From assembly GCF_001194135.2 (NCBI RefSeq), contig NC_068986.1:54891615-54938806 (forward strand): a stretch of 47,192 bases of DNA. Direction: 5' to 3'. Both the position numbers and the translations under genes were made by a program. Each line of letters begins with the position of its first letter. Within the stretch, counting starts at the first letter, position 1. This document shows, in pieces, positions 1-12,864 of the stretch. Source of the stretch: Octopus bimaculoides. Lineage: Eukaryota. The notes beneath the pieces are model-generated. The model ran no database searches and was not told the DNA's origin. It was given only the letters and a program-made list of their open reading frames with translations.

Positions 1-199
1 TATATATATATATATATATATATATTATCCTGACTCAAGTTAACTCCACTAAAGGTATCTGTGAGCTTGGCAGTGGTGTAATACTGATCCGTGTATTATA
101 TCAACAAGTAGCTTACAACTCAAAATGCAAAGAGCTGAAATATATGCCACAAAGCATTACGACTCGGAGCGCGAACAATTACGTCCTGGACTGGCACGT

Positions 200-300
200 T
201 ATTTTATCAACTCCGAAAGGACGAAAGGCAAAACTGATATAAGCAGAATTTGATATCACTGCGTAGATGACCGAAAAAAAGTTCAACTATGCTCTAGTAA
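200..300 (-). mobile_element. Decayed SINE-B fragment (my label)
   Basis: TTATCAACTCCGAAAGGACGAAAGGCAAAA...GCAGAATTTGA aligns by eye to the better-preserved copy at 2750-2800. Confidence 0.5.
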
Positions 301-429
301 ATCTGTCAGTTCATAGCACGATGCAAGATAACATTTTGCACGGCAGAAAAGAAGTCACCTAAATATATATACCACAATATATTCTAACAATCGACCAGCC
401 TACCGAATCCGCTGATCCACAAACCTATC

Positions 430-640
430 TTTAATCTCTTACTTTGCTTCATTTATTGAACAACGGCCTTGCCTGGGCACCACTTTGAAGTCAAATAAAT
501 TTACCCCAGTACTTATTTCTTTCAAAGCCTGGTACGTATTCTATCGGCCTCTTTTGCCAAAGCGCTAAGTTACGAGGATATAAACAAACCAACACCAATA
601 GCCAAGCGATAGCGTGGGAGAATAAACACAACCACAAAGA
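430..640 (-). mobile_element. SINE-A 3' half, diverged (my label)
   Basis: Aligns to the reverse complement of the 3' half of the complete copy at 13404-13795 (e.g. TATTCTATCGGCCTCTTTTGCC...CGCTAAGTTACG). Confidence 0.7.
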
Positions 641-677
641 GGTACACATGCATGCACACATCTATATATGTATATAT

Positions 678-708
<31 letters not shown>

Positions 709-754
709 TATGTATATGTATATATACATACACACACTCACACATATATATATG

Positions 755-789
<35 letters not shown>

Positions 790-992
790 GTATATATATG
801 NNNNNNNNNNNNNNNNNNNNNNNNNNNNNNNNNNNNNNNNNNNNNNNNNNNNNNNNNNNNNNNNNNNNNNNNNNNNNNNNNNNNNNNNNNNNNNNNNNNN
901 NNNNNNNNNNNNNNNNNNNNNNNNNNNNNNNNNNNNNNNNNNNNNNNNNNNNNNNNNNNNNNNNNNNNNNNNNNNNNNNNNNNNNNNNNNAC

Positions 993-1085
993 ATGTGTAT
1001 GGCCCAGTGGTTAGGGCAGCGTTCTCGCGGTCGTAGGATCGCAGTTTCGATTCCCAGACTGGGAAAACACCTAAGGCTCCACGAG
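993..1085 (+). mobile_element. tRNA-derived SINE head fragment
   Basis: A-box-like TGGCCCAGTGGTTAG and B-box-like GTTTCGATTCCC are present, but there is no complete cloverleaf or acceptor stem. Confidence 0.6.
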
Positions 1086-1652
1086 CCATGCCTGCGCCTA
1101 TATGTAAATAAAATATGTAAATAAAACATTGATTCGTTTTACTCCAAGAAAAAGGTTCTGCACGTCATTGGTTATCATGGTTTCTGTTGGAAGTTATGAG
1201 ATCCCACAGTTCCAGAGCACTGTAATTTTCTAGTAGTAATTAGTTTCATTCGCGCTCGCACGCGCACACACACACACACACACACACAAGCACACATTTC
1301 TTCTTCTTTCTTTTCTGCCACCTAAATCATCTTTGTATCTGTATTTATTCCCTCTTTCTGTACACACTCATCTCTCTATCTATCTATCTATCTATCTGTG
1401 TAGATTCAGATGAATATGGTATTTAAGTTCTAATTCAATTAAATTCTATGTCTTTGTGCAGCTGAGGATTGGTCTGCATTTTAAATTCATGTAATTATTG
1501 CATTGTTCATTTAAATGGAGTTGCATGAAACGATCGTACTGCATTACCCCTGGATATCCTTGTTGCTTATTTTGATATCTATCTATGTATCTATCTATAT
1601 GTGTGTGTGTGTGTGTGTGTATGCATGTACGTGTATATATATATATATATAT

Positions 1653-1843
1653 AAACAAATAGTAAATGAGTATATGCATATATACGTACAGGTATGTGCA
1701 TACCGACATCCACCTGTATGTATAGGTGCATATCTGGGTACAGGACATTGCAAACAAAATCGTAGACGAGAAAACACACAAGCCACATAGAGAACATTCT
1801 TCTTCATCAGCTACCCCTGTTTTAACACCGGCGTTTCGAAGAG
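1653..1843 (-). repeat. Short (TA)n-tailed element, family P copy 1 (GAAAC...CTGATGA)
   Basis: About 96% identical by manual alignment to 7437-7626 and to 12991-13160. Shared 3' end ATTTACTATTTGTTT followed by (TA)n. The 5' side ends just before the Tc1 insertion. Confidence 0.85.
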
Positions 1844-1933
1844 TTTATATACACTATGTGATCAAAAGTATCCGGACACCCACTTGATAACGAAGTACAA
1901 GTTTGGGCTATCCTGCATTAGGTACACTGGAAG

Positions 1934-3205
1934 TCAATACGGTGTTGGCCCATCTTTAGACTTGATGATAACCTCCGCCCTCGTAGGCATACTTTTAAAC
2001 AGATGGCAGAAGGTTTCATGGGGAATGGCAGCCCATTCATTCTTCGCGGTACGACGAAACGAGCAAGGGTATCGATATGGGCTGGTGTGGTCCAGCAAGA
2101 AGTCGGCGTTCTAAAACATCCCAGAGATGTTCTATGGGATTAAATGAGGACTTTGCGCAGGCCAGTCCATTAGTAAAATGTTGTTGTCGTCAAATCACTC
2201 CCCTACAACCCCTGCAGTATGGATGGGTGCTCCGTCTTGTTAAAAGGCACAGTGGTCATCCACGAAGTGGTCTTCGACGGTAAGTAATATAAAGAAGGTT
2301 AAAATAGCAGTGTAGGCCTGTGCCATGACAGTGCCACGTAAAGTAGCAAAGAGACCAAGCCCCCTCCAAGAGAAATATGACCCTACCCTGACCCCACCAC
2401 CACCGAATTTCACAGTCGGCACTATACAGGCTGGTGCATATCATTCACCAGACATTCGCCACAGCTACACTCTATCATCGGATTGCCACATTGTGTACCG
2501 TGATTCATCACTCTACACAACGGTTTTCCACCGTTCTATAGTCCAGTTTCGATACTCTTTACACCACTCGAGACGGTGTTGGGCATTTGTCTGTGTGATG
2601 GGTGGCTTACGGGCAGCTGCTCTTCCACGGAAACCAAGTTTCTTATTTCTTTATTGCCCACAAGGGGCTAAAGATAGAGAGGACAATTAAGGACAGACAA
2701 AGGGATTAATTCGATTACATCGACCCCAGTACGTAACTGATACTTAATTTATCGACCGCGAAAGGATAAAAGGCAAAGTCGACCTCGGCGGAATTTGAAC
2801 TCAGAACGTAACGGCAGACGAAATACCGCTAAGCATTTTGCCCGGCGTGCTAACGTTTCTGCCAGCTCTCCGCCAAGTTTCTGCACCACGCGCCGAACAG
2901 TCATGGTGCTTGGATTAGATCCTGCTGCAGTTTAGAATTCTTATGTGATAGCGGTAAGAGGTAATAAACGATTATGCTGTATGACCCTCTTCAACACTCG
3001 ATGGTCTCGAGGGGTTAATATGGGAGATCGGCCCGATCACTTTGGTTGTACACGTCCCTTTGCGTTTCCACTTCACTATTACATCGGAAACTGTAGACCT
3101 GGGGACGTTCAGGAGGGTGAAAATCTCGTACACAGGATTATTAGACAAGTGGCACCCGATCACCTGACCACGCTGAAAGTTCATTAGTTCTGCAGAGCGT
3201 CCCAT
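1934..3205 (-). pseudogene. Tc1 transposase pseudogene
   Basis: Manual translation: MGRSAELMNFQRGQVIGCHL...V*SDESR...VPTVKFGGGG...QDGAPIH...WPAQSP/DLNPIEHLWD...KDGPTPY*. D-x34-E spacing after repairing one frameshift. Several stops, and a SINE insertion at 2641-2875. Confidence 0.93.
2641..2875 (-). mobile_element. Full-length SINE-B inserted in the Tc1 transposase, with TSD
   Basis: A box AGCTGGCAGAAACGTTAG, B box GAGTTCAAATTCC, A-rich tail. CCAAGTTTCT is duplicated at 2634-2643 and 2873-2882. Confidence 0.9.
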
Positions 3206-3342
3206 TCTACTGCCTAGCACTGTCCGTCGACTACTGAGATCGCTGACCATGTGTTCCGTATGGTGAATGGTAGCAATATGGCGCCTGCTGTGATTTATTG
3301 TGTCACCCTCTATGATAAACACACGTTTCGCGCTAGTCCGTT

Positions 3343-3527
3343 CATCATCATCATCATCGTCATTGTTTTAGTTTTGTTTCTAAGTTTATTTCTGTCTTGT
3401 TTTTGGTTTCTTTGTTCTGGTTTTTTTTTTGTTCGTTTGTTTTTTACCCTTTATTTGTTGGCCTTTTATGTTTTATGCTTTTTGGAGTTTTCTTTTAATT
3501 TTAGTTACTTTGCGTATTTTCAAGGAG
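3343..3527 (+). repeat. T-rich block duplicated at 5790-5982
   Basis: (CAT)n CGT CATTGTTTTAGTTTTGTTTCTAAGTTTATT...TTTATTTGTTGGCCTTTTATGTTTTATGCTT occurs in both places with scattered differences. Confidence 0.85.
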
Positions 3528-4928
3528 TATATTATCTCTTTTTTAAAAATTGGAAACTGATCGCAAAAGCTTCATATCTTATGTGTCTCCGACTTATATT
3601 TGTTTTGAAAAGATTTTTACAAAGTGTAATTAAAAGTTTTCCATAACTGATATTTCAGATTCTTTTCAGTTTTTTTCATTGACTTCTAAAATTGAATGTA
3701 TTTAACACTTAATTCTTGTCTGCTTTTATCATTTAAGTTTGTTTTTCAAAGCATTAAAATAAAATTGTTGTATAANNNNNNNNNNNNNNNNNNNNNNNNN
3801 NNNNNNNNNNNNNNNNNNNNNNNNNNNNNNNNNNNNNNNNNNNNNNNNNNNNNNNNNNNNNNNNNNNNNNNNNNNNNNNNNNNNNNNNNNNNNNNNNNNN
3901 NNNNNNNNNNNNNNNNNNNNNNNNNNNNNNNNNNNNNNNNNNNNNNNNNNNNNNNNNNNNNNNNNNNNNNNNNNNNNNNNNNNNNNNNNNNNNNNNNNNN
4001 NNNNNNNNNNNNNNNNNNNNNNNNNNNNNNNNNNNNNNNNNNNNNNNNNNNNNNNNNNNNNNNNNNNNNNNNNNNNNNNNNNNNNNNNNNNNNNNNNNNN
4101 NNNNNNNNNNNNNNNNNNNNNNNNNNNNNNNNNNNNNNNNNNNNNNNNNNNNNNNNNNNNNNNNNNNNNNNNNNNNNNNNNNNNNNNNNNNNNNNNNNNN
4201 NNNNNNNNNNNNNNNNNNNNNNNNNNNNNNNNNNNNNNNNNNNNNNNNNNNNNNNNNNNNNNNNNNNNNNNNNNNNNNNNNNNNNNNNNNNNNNNNNNNN
4301 NNNNNNNNNNNNNNNNNNNNNNNNNNNNNNNNNNNNNNNNNNNNNNNNNNNNNNNNNNNNNNNNNNNNNNNNNNNNNNNNNNNNNNNNNNNNNNNNNNNN
4401 NNNNNNNNNNNNNNNNNNNNNNNNNNNNNNNNNNNNNNNNNNNNNNNNNNNNNNNNNNNNNNNNNNNNNNNNNNNNNNNNNNNNNNNNNNNNNNNNNNNN
4501 NNNNNNNNNNNNNNNNNNNNNNNNNNNNNNNNNNNNNNNNNNNNNNNNNNNNNNNNNNNNNNNNNNNNNNNNNNNNNNNNNNNNNNNNNNNNNNNNNNNN
4601 NNNNNNNNNNNNNNNNNNNNNNNNNNNNNNNNNNNNNNNNNNNNNNNNNNNNNNNNNNNNNNNNNNNNNNNNNNNNNNNNNNNNNNNNNNNNNNNNNNNN
4701 NNNNNNNNNNNNNNNNNNNNNNNNNNNNNNNNNNNNNNNNNNNNNNNNNNNNNNNNNNNGATCTTATACATATATATATACATATATATATACTTCCATA
4801 TTTGTACACACGTCCAGAGCTGTTGACACACATTGTGACATAACTCATTGCAAACTTCATTGATTGCAACTTGTGCATACATATGCATGTGTTCAGGTGA
4901 ATGTGCTTAAACACACACACACATATGC

Positions 4929-4963
<35 letters not shown>

Positions 4964-5063
4964 AATATACATACATACATACATACATGCATGCATACAT
5001 ACATATAAGTGTGTATAATATATACACACATATGTATGTAAGGCATGTGTTCAGGTGAGTGTG

Positions 5064-5110
<47 letters not shown>

Positions 5111-5489
5111 TTACAAACGCACACAAACACACGACACATTGTCGGCTGCTCGCGTGCACACACAATGCACAGACGTACGCATGATGTTATTTTGTTGAAA
5201 GTTGTTTTCCCCATTTAAAATATCTCTAATTTATATTCTATTTTCACAATATGTGGCTAATTATTGCTTGCGATTTAAGTGCTAATGAATTTTACTTTTC
5301 TCTTCCTTCATCTTATTTATTGTTTATTTATTTCATTTCCTCACCTCTATCTACACACTTTCATTTTTCTAGAGTCTTTTAAATCAATTCCATTGTACAT
5401 TAGCAGTTTTATAACTCAACTTCCACCATCATTGCTGGCTTGTTTGCCTGTTTGCTTGTTTGTTTATTTGAGATCGAGATCATTACGAT

Positions 5490-5555
5490 TATGATGATGA
5501 CTATCGTTATCCTCATTATTATTATTATTATCATTATTACTATTATTATTATTAC

Positions 5556-5603
<48 letters not shown>

Positions 5604-5760
5604 CATTATTATTATCATCATCATTTTTATTGTTGTTGTTGTTATTAACATCATTATCATCATCATCATCATCATCATCTTCATCGCTTCTATCTTCAGT
5701 AGTAGTAGTAGTAGTAGCAGCAGCAGCAGCAGCAGCAGCATTATCATCACCATCAACATC

Positions 5761-5800
<40 letters not shown>

Positions 5801-5825
5801 GTCGTCGTCGTCGTCGTCGTCATTG
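5490..5825. repeat. Compound trinucleotide microsatellite (ATT/ATC/GTA/GCA/CAT/CGT)
   Basis: Directly visible. Confidence 0.95.
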
Positions 5826-6049
5826 TCATTGTTTTAGTTTTGTTTCTAAGTTTATTTTTGTCTTGTTTTTTTGGTTTCTTTGTTCTGTTTTTTTTGTTGT
5901 TTCTCTTTTTGCCCCTTTATTTGTTGGCCTTTTATGTTTTATGCTTCTTGGGATTTTCTTTTAATTTTAGTTATTTTGTTGCACAGGCTAAAGTCTTTCA
6001 TTTGCCAGTAACAACAGATAGACATATTTACATGCACGCATACACATGT

Positions 6050-6720
<671 letters not shown>

Positions 6721-6841
6721 TAACATCAGTACACGTATATACACACACATATTCAATTTTACTGTTCTTTTCCTTCATCTTATTTATTGTTTATTCATTT
6801 CATTTCCTGACCTCTATGCGTACACATATACATACATATTC

Positions 6842-7036
6842 TTTTATTTGTTTCTGTCATTTGACTGCGGCCATGCTGGAGTACCGCCTTTAGTCGAACA
6901 AATCGACCCCAGGACTCATCTTTTGTAAGCCTGATACTTATTCTATCGGTTTTTTTTGCCGAATCACTAAGTTACGTGGATGTAAACACACCAACATCGG
7001 TTGTCAAGCGATGATGGGGGGATAAATACAGACACA

Positions 7037-7108
<72 letters not shown>

Positions 7109-7624
7109 NNNNNNNNNNNNNNNNNNNNNNNNNNNNNNNNNNNNNNNNNNNNNNNNNNNNNNNNNNNNNNNNNNNNNNNNNNNNNNNNNNNNNNNNNNNN
7201 NNNNNNNNNNNNNNNNNNNNNNNNNNNNNNNNNNNNNNNNNNNNNNNNNNNNNNNNNNNNNNNNNNNNNNNNNNNNNNNNNNNNNNNNNNNNNNNNNNNN
7301 NNNNNNNNNNNNNNNNNNNNNNNNNNNNNNNNNNNNNNNNNNNNNNNNNNNNNNNNNNNNNNNNNNNNNNNNNNNNNNNNNNNNNNTAATTTGCGGTCCA
7401 TGGGAAGAGCCGTTTTAACGATGCGTCCTGCCCAGCTCTTCGAAACGCCGGTGTTAAAACGGGGGTAGCTGATGAAGTAGAATGTTCTCTATGTGGCTTG
7501 TGTGTTTTCTCGTCTACGTTTTGTTTGCAATGTTCTGTACCCAGATATGCACCTATACATACAGGTGGATGTCGGTATGCACATACCTGTATGCATATAT
7601 GCATATACTCATTTACTATTTGTT

Positions 7625-7659
<35 letters not shown>

Positions 7660-7815
7660 CAGGCTTCTTTCAGTTTCCGTCTACCAAATCCATTCACAAG
7701 GTTTGATCGGCCCGAAGTTACAGTAGAAGACACTTGACCAAGGTGCCACGCAGTGGGACTGAACCCGGAACTATGTGGTTGGTAAACAACCTACTTACCA
7801 CACAGCCACTCTTCC
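6842..7815 (-). mobile_element. SINE-A split at its internal microsatellite by a family P element and a gap
   Basis: The 3' half at 6842-7040 and the 5' half at 7658-7815 are collinear with the reverse complement of 13404-13795. Confidence 0.85.
7387..7626 (+). repeat. Family P copy 2 (longest copy)
   Basis: GAAAC at 7442-7446, CTGATGA at 7469-7475, a 10-bp inverted repeat at 7410-7419/7453-7462, and a (TA)n tail. Confidence 0.85.
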
Positions 7816-8929
7816 GCCTATATATTTACATCTATACTTAAAACGCACGCACACATAACATGTTTAATTAATTGTCATATACTTTAATATAAGCAATCTC
7901 ACACACATACACACACACACTCTCTCGCTCTCACGCACATACACGCGCGTGCACATTCACACATGCACACACGCGCGCACACTCATTCACTCACACACAC
8001 ACGCAAAAACAGACGCACATACATACAGACCCACACAGATTCCCACATATGCACACATACACACACACGCGTAATGTAAATATATATATATNNNNNNNNN
8101 NNNNNNNNNNNNNNNNNNNNNNNNNNNNNNNNNNNNNNNNNNNNNNNNNNNNNNNNNNNNNNNNNNNNNNNNNNNNNNNNNNNNNNNNNNNNNNNNNNNN
8201 NNNNNNNNNNNNNNNNNNNNNNNNNNNNNNNNNNNNNNNNNNNNNNNNNNNNNNNNNNNNNNNNNNNNNNNNNNNNNNNNNNNNNNNNNNNNNNNNNNNN
8301 NNNNNNNNNNNNNNNNNNNNNNNNNNNNNNNNNNNNNNNNNNNNNNNNNNNNNNNNNNNNNNNNNNNNNNNNNNNNNNNNNNNNNNNNNNNNNNNNNNNN
8401 NNNNNNNNNNNNNNNNNNNNNNNNNNNNNNNNNNNNNNNNNNNNNNNNNNNNNNNNNNNNNNNNNNNNNNNNNNNNNNNNNNNNNNNNNNNNNNNNNNNN
8501 NNNNNNNNNNNNNNNNNNNNNNNNNNNNNNNNNNNNNNNNNNNNNNNNNNNNNNNNNNNNNNNNNNNNNNNNNNNNNNNNNNNNNNNNNNNNNNNNNNNN
8601 NNNNNNNNNNNNNNNNNNNNNNNNNNNNNNNNNNNNNNNNNNNNNNNNNNNNNNNNNNNNNNNNNNNNNNNNNNNNNNNNNNNNNNNNNNNNNNNNNNNN
8701 NNNNNNNNNNNNNNNNNNNNNNNNNNNNNNNNNNNNNNNNNNNNNNNNNNNNNNNNNNNNNNNNNNNNNNNNNNNNNNNNNNNNNNNNNNNNNNNNNNNN
8801 NNNNNNNNNNNNNNNNNNNNNNNNNNNNNNNNNNNNNNNNNNNNNNNNNNNNNNNNNNNNNNNNNNNNNNNNNNNNNNNNNNNNNNNNNNNNNNNNNNNN
8901 NNNNNNNNNNNNNNNNNNNNNNTGGGTAA

Positions 8930-9094
8930 GATGATGTTATTGGTGGCGGTATTTGTGACTGTGATGATGATGATGATGATGATGATGGAAATGGTTATAA
9001 TGGTTGATGTTACTGGTATGGTATGGTCTGGTATTTTGTAGTAGGGGTGGTGATGGTGGTGATGTTAATGGTAGTAAATGATGACCAAGATAGC

Positions 9095-9153
<59 letters not shown>

Positions 9154-9193
9154 GGATGATGATGATGATGACGACGATGATGATGATGATGAC

Positions 9194-9282
<89 letters not shown>

Positions 9283-9432
9283 GGATGATGATGACGATGA
9301 GGATGATGATGATGATGATGATGATGAGGATGATGATGATGACGACGACGATGATGATAGTGATTGTCTGTTTGCAGATTGACCTGCCTAAACTGTACCA
9401 GTTGAAACAGTAGTAGTAGTAGTAGTAGTAGT

Positions 9433-9464
<32 letters not shown>

Positions 9465-9465
9465 T

Positions 9466-9526
<61 letters not shown>

Positions 9527-9961
9527 ACGATGGTGGTGGTGGTGGTGGTGGTTTTTTTGTTGTTATCTCAATAGTTGTAATTTGTTGATAGCGAAGTGGA
9601 TTCACTTTTCGTTTTCTTTTTTACATCATTTTATTGCTGCTGCTGCTGTTTTGTAGTTACTGTTTCTGTTATTACTTTTATCGATGTTATTATTACTATT
9701 TTTTTCTTCTGTGTTGATGTTGTTGATGTTCTCTTCTTTTTCTTCTTCATCTCCACCTCCTCCTCCTCCTCCTCCTCCTTCTTCCCTTTCTTCTACTGCT
9801 ACCGCTGCTGCTGCTGTTTCTGTACGTCCAGTTTAGGCTGGCAAAACTGCAAGTCAACCGAGCTCGTTATCATCATCACCATCACCGTCACCACCATCAT
9901 CATCATCATCATCATCATAATCATCACCATCATCATCATCATCATCACCGTCACCATCATT

Positions 9962-10000
<39 letters not shown>

Positions 10001-10620
10001 GACATCACCATCATATCATCATATTCATCATCACCACCACCACTACCATCAAAATCACCACCATTATCATCATCACCATCACCCTCTTCTTCTTTTCTTC
10101 TTTTCTTCTTCCACTTCTTCCTCTCCTTGAAGACAGGAGAGAATTGCTTTCATGGTTGTTGTTGTTGTTGTTGCTGTTGTTGATGGTGCAGGTGGTACTG
10201 GTGGTAGTGCTGGTGGAGGAGGTAGTGGCGGCGGCGGTGGTGACGGTTGTGGTGGCGGCGGTCGTGCTGTTGTTGTTGTTTTTGGTGGTGGTGGTGGTGG
10301 TGGTGGTTGTTGTTTTCGGCGGCGGTGGTGGTGGTGATTTTGATGTTGTATTGTTTTAATTGTTTCACCGGAATATTTAGAGCACCAACAAATTACAAGA
10401 CAAAAGAAAGCAACATAACAAACAGCAGTCAACAACAACGAAGTATTAACAAATACCATTAATAACATCATAAACAACAACAACAACAACGACAACAACA
10501 CCACCAACGACAACAACAACAACACATTAACGGCAATAACAATGTCGGCCAAGAAGACATAACCAACGGTAAAAAAAGAAAAAAGCAACACTAATAACAC
10601 AGCGTCGACTTCACCATCTT
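8930..10620. repeat. Large compound trinucleotide array (GAT, GTA/GCA, GGT, CAT, GTT/GGT, AAC)
   Basis: Directly visible. It explains the poly-D/M/H/L/I ORFs in the track. Confidence 0.95.
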
Positions 10621-10759
10621 TAACACAAACTGCAATACTATCGGCAGCATGCTAATTACAGAATCTCTGTGTTAGTGGCTCACAATCTTTCCGCTAGTCA
10701 AAACCCCTTTTATTTAAATTAATTTTTTTCTTGGACTCCAGATATTTAAAAGGTTTGTC

Positions 10760-10940
10760 TGTCGAAGAAGCAGATCTGCTAGAAATAGCAGCTAACTGGT
10801 CTTCAAATCACATCCCACAGTTTTAGAATGAAGAATACATTGGATATCGTGGAATTTGGAGGGGATAGTCATGGCTGGAATACCTTTGATTATGTTTGCT
10901 TGATCAGGGCTCACCTTGAGCCAAGCAAGAAGATCAATGA
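10760..10940 (+). mobile_element. Interspersed repeat; related diverged copies at about 10985-11040 and 12050-12330
   Basis: The motif (C/G)CTAGAAATA(G/A)CAGC at about 10778 recurs at about 12074. CTCAAATC-containing segments also recur. Confidence 0.55.
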
Positions 10941-11319
10941 CAATGCAAATCCAATGAGGTAGCTTTTATGTGATCGTCATTTGATCTGCAGGAAATAACA
11001 ACCGAATCTCCCTCAAATCCTGCACTCAATCATCGTGAAGTACGATCTCATTAGATAAACATCGTGTAACAAAAGTTTTAATTTTTTCATCGTATTTTAT
11101 TCTATTTATTCATTTATTTTTAGTCAGTAATTGTTATTTCCTATTTACTTCTATCTAGAAATCAAAGGAAATGACTACTGTTCTCTTCAAATTTTGCTTT
11201 TGTAACCTGGACGTCAATGTTTTCAAACAAACTCATCTATTCTCCATTACTTTTCACAGAGGCGATGACAAGTGATCGAAACTTTTGGCGATATGCTGTG
11301 CTTGGGAAGATTCGTGCCA

Positions 11320-11572
11320 AGTTGAATTATAGTCGTGGCCGATGCTAGTGTCACGTAGCTGTTGCATAAAAGCACCCGTGACGGTGGTACGTAAAAACTA
11401 CCGATTACACTCTTGGAGAGGTTGGTGCTAGGAAAGGCATCCAGCAGTAAAAACCATGCCAGATCAGACTGGAACTTGGTGTACATCTCTGGCTCACCGG
11501 TTCTAGTCAAACTGTCTAACCAGCATGAAAAGTAGACGCTAAATGTTGTTGATGATGATGATGATGATGATT
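11320..11572 (+). mobile_element. SINE 3' portion with (GAT)n tail
   Basis: Central box GGTTGGTGCTAGGAAAGGCATCCAGCAGTAAAAACCATGCC resembles, from memory, a conserved metazoan SINE central domain. It ends GACGCTAAAT...(GAT)n, a retroposon-type tail. Confidence 0.6.
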
Positions 11573-11599
11573 TCAGACAGATTCAGCGCTGAGTTGCTG

Positions 11600-11785
11600 A
11601 AGCAGAAATATCGTTATAGCAATTATTCTACTCAATACAACAGATTAGTTTGTCAGTCGCTTGACCTTAACTACTTGAGCATTTTTCTTAGTGGCTGACA
11701 ATATGTGTATCTCTGATCATGAGCAGGAGTAGTGGGGCAGCATCATAGCCCTGTGTTGAGAGGGTTTCTTTGAGATTTGAATAAA
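11600..11785 (+). mobile_element. Probable interspersed repeat relic
   Basis: GC-richer block recognised from memory as a common octopus repeat. No second copy in this window. Confidence 0.35.
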
Positions 11786-12864
11786 CGTAACAAAATCAAA
11801 GTTTGAAGGGAATGTTCGCCATTTTCCGTACTTTCTAAGGGTGAACAAATAGGAAATAATAGTTATTTCCAAAGGACAGAAATTGTGTTACACAGTGTCA
11901 TGTAGTCCTTTCTTGACATATCCTCATCTCAAGATGAGGTAGTTACTGTTGGTTAGTCTGCTGGAGTTAAACAAAATCAAAATACCATCAACAAGCAATT
12001 TCCGAACATTAACAATAACAACAGCGTTACCGAAAACCAATGAAGGGGAGACTTCACATGATCACTAGACTCGCTAGAAATAACAGCCAAAATCTCTCTC
12101 TCTCTCAAAATATGCGTCATGCCGTTTTATAAAATGAAAAATGATGTAACCCTAGATATGGTCGCATTCGACCAACGGTGAAATAAATTTCATAATTTCA
12201 ACTACGCGGCACTTCAACGGAAATAGCAGCCCCGCAGCGTACCAGAGAATTACAAATGCTTAATAAAAAAAACGTGATGGTCAATGCTGTAACAACTTTT
12301 ATGGGGTGACCTTGGATCATTACAGGGTAATACATAGGAAGAGTGCATCATTTTGTGTATTTATTCATTTATGTATCTATTTTTTTCAATTATTTATTTA
12401 TTCATTTATTTATTTGTTTATTTATTTGTTTGTTTTACAGCATCAGCAAATTATTAAGCCATGAAACGGTAGCCATGTTGGTTTTCAGCCATTATGATTT
12501 GTTGTTACAGCCAAATATTCTTCCAGTGCAACATCAGTATACAACTGAACAAAATTTAAAGTTCTGCATGCTAAATACTGTATAAAGACTACATAAGCAC
12601 AGGTACGCAAACATAAAATACGGGGACATTCATACAAATTTCCACTCTAAAAAGACGAAAGGCGTGGAAATTCTGTTTCCACTAAACGATTCAAAGATTG
12701 TGTTGAAGACGTGTTTCGGAAATTATATTGAAATGAAAGCAAAACTGAAATTAAGATCTACAACCAATTTTTTACACACCTCCGATTCACTTTCGACGTT
12801 AGAAAAGTGAAATGGCTTCCAGTGCAAACTCCGAAACGAACAGAAATCTAAGACCGTTTTTTTT

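Larger units (their letters stand above)
1852..3340 (-). mobile_element. Tc1 DNA transposon (DD34E), decayed; one TIR intact, the other largely lost
   Basis: TA|CACTATGTGATCAAAAGTATCCGGACACC terminus at 1850-1880. Only GTCCG (3336-3340) of the opposite TIR remains. Transposase relic lies on the minus strand. Confidence 0.95.

Noticed and set aside
993-1062. tRNA-like sequence (also 26015-26085 and the SINE-A/B heads)
   Set aside because: A and B boxes are present but there is no intact cloverleaf, and the sequences continue into SINE bodies.
9023-9413. Poly-Asp / poly-Met / poly-His ORFs, which might suggest a biomineralisation or reflectin-like protein
   Set aside because: Pure (GAT)n is open in several frames on both strands. 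No signal peptide, reflectin motif or exon boundaries are present.
12634-12810. Two short inverted repeats (AATTTCCAC/GTGGAAATT and TTCACTTT/AAAGTGAA)
   Set aside because: Stems of 8-9 bp are expected occasionally in AT-rich DNA, and there is no other support.
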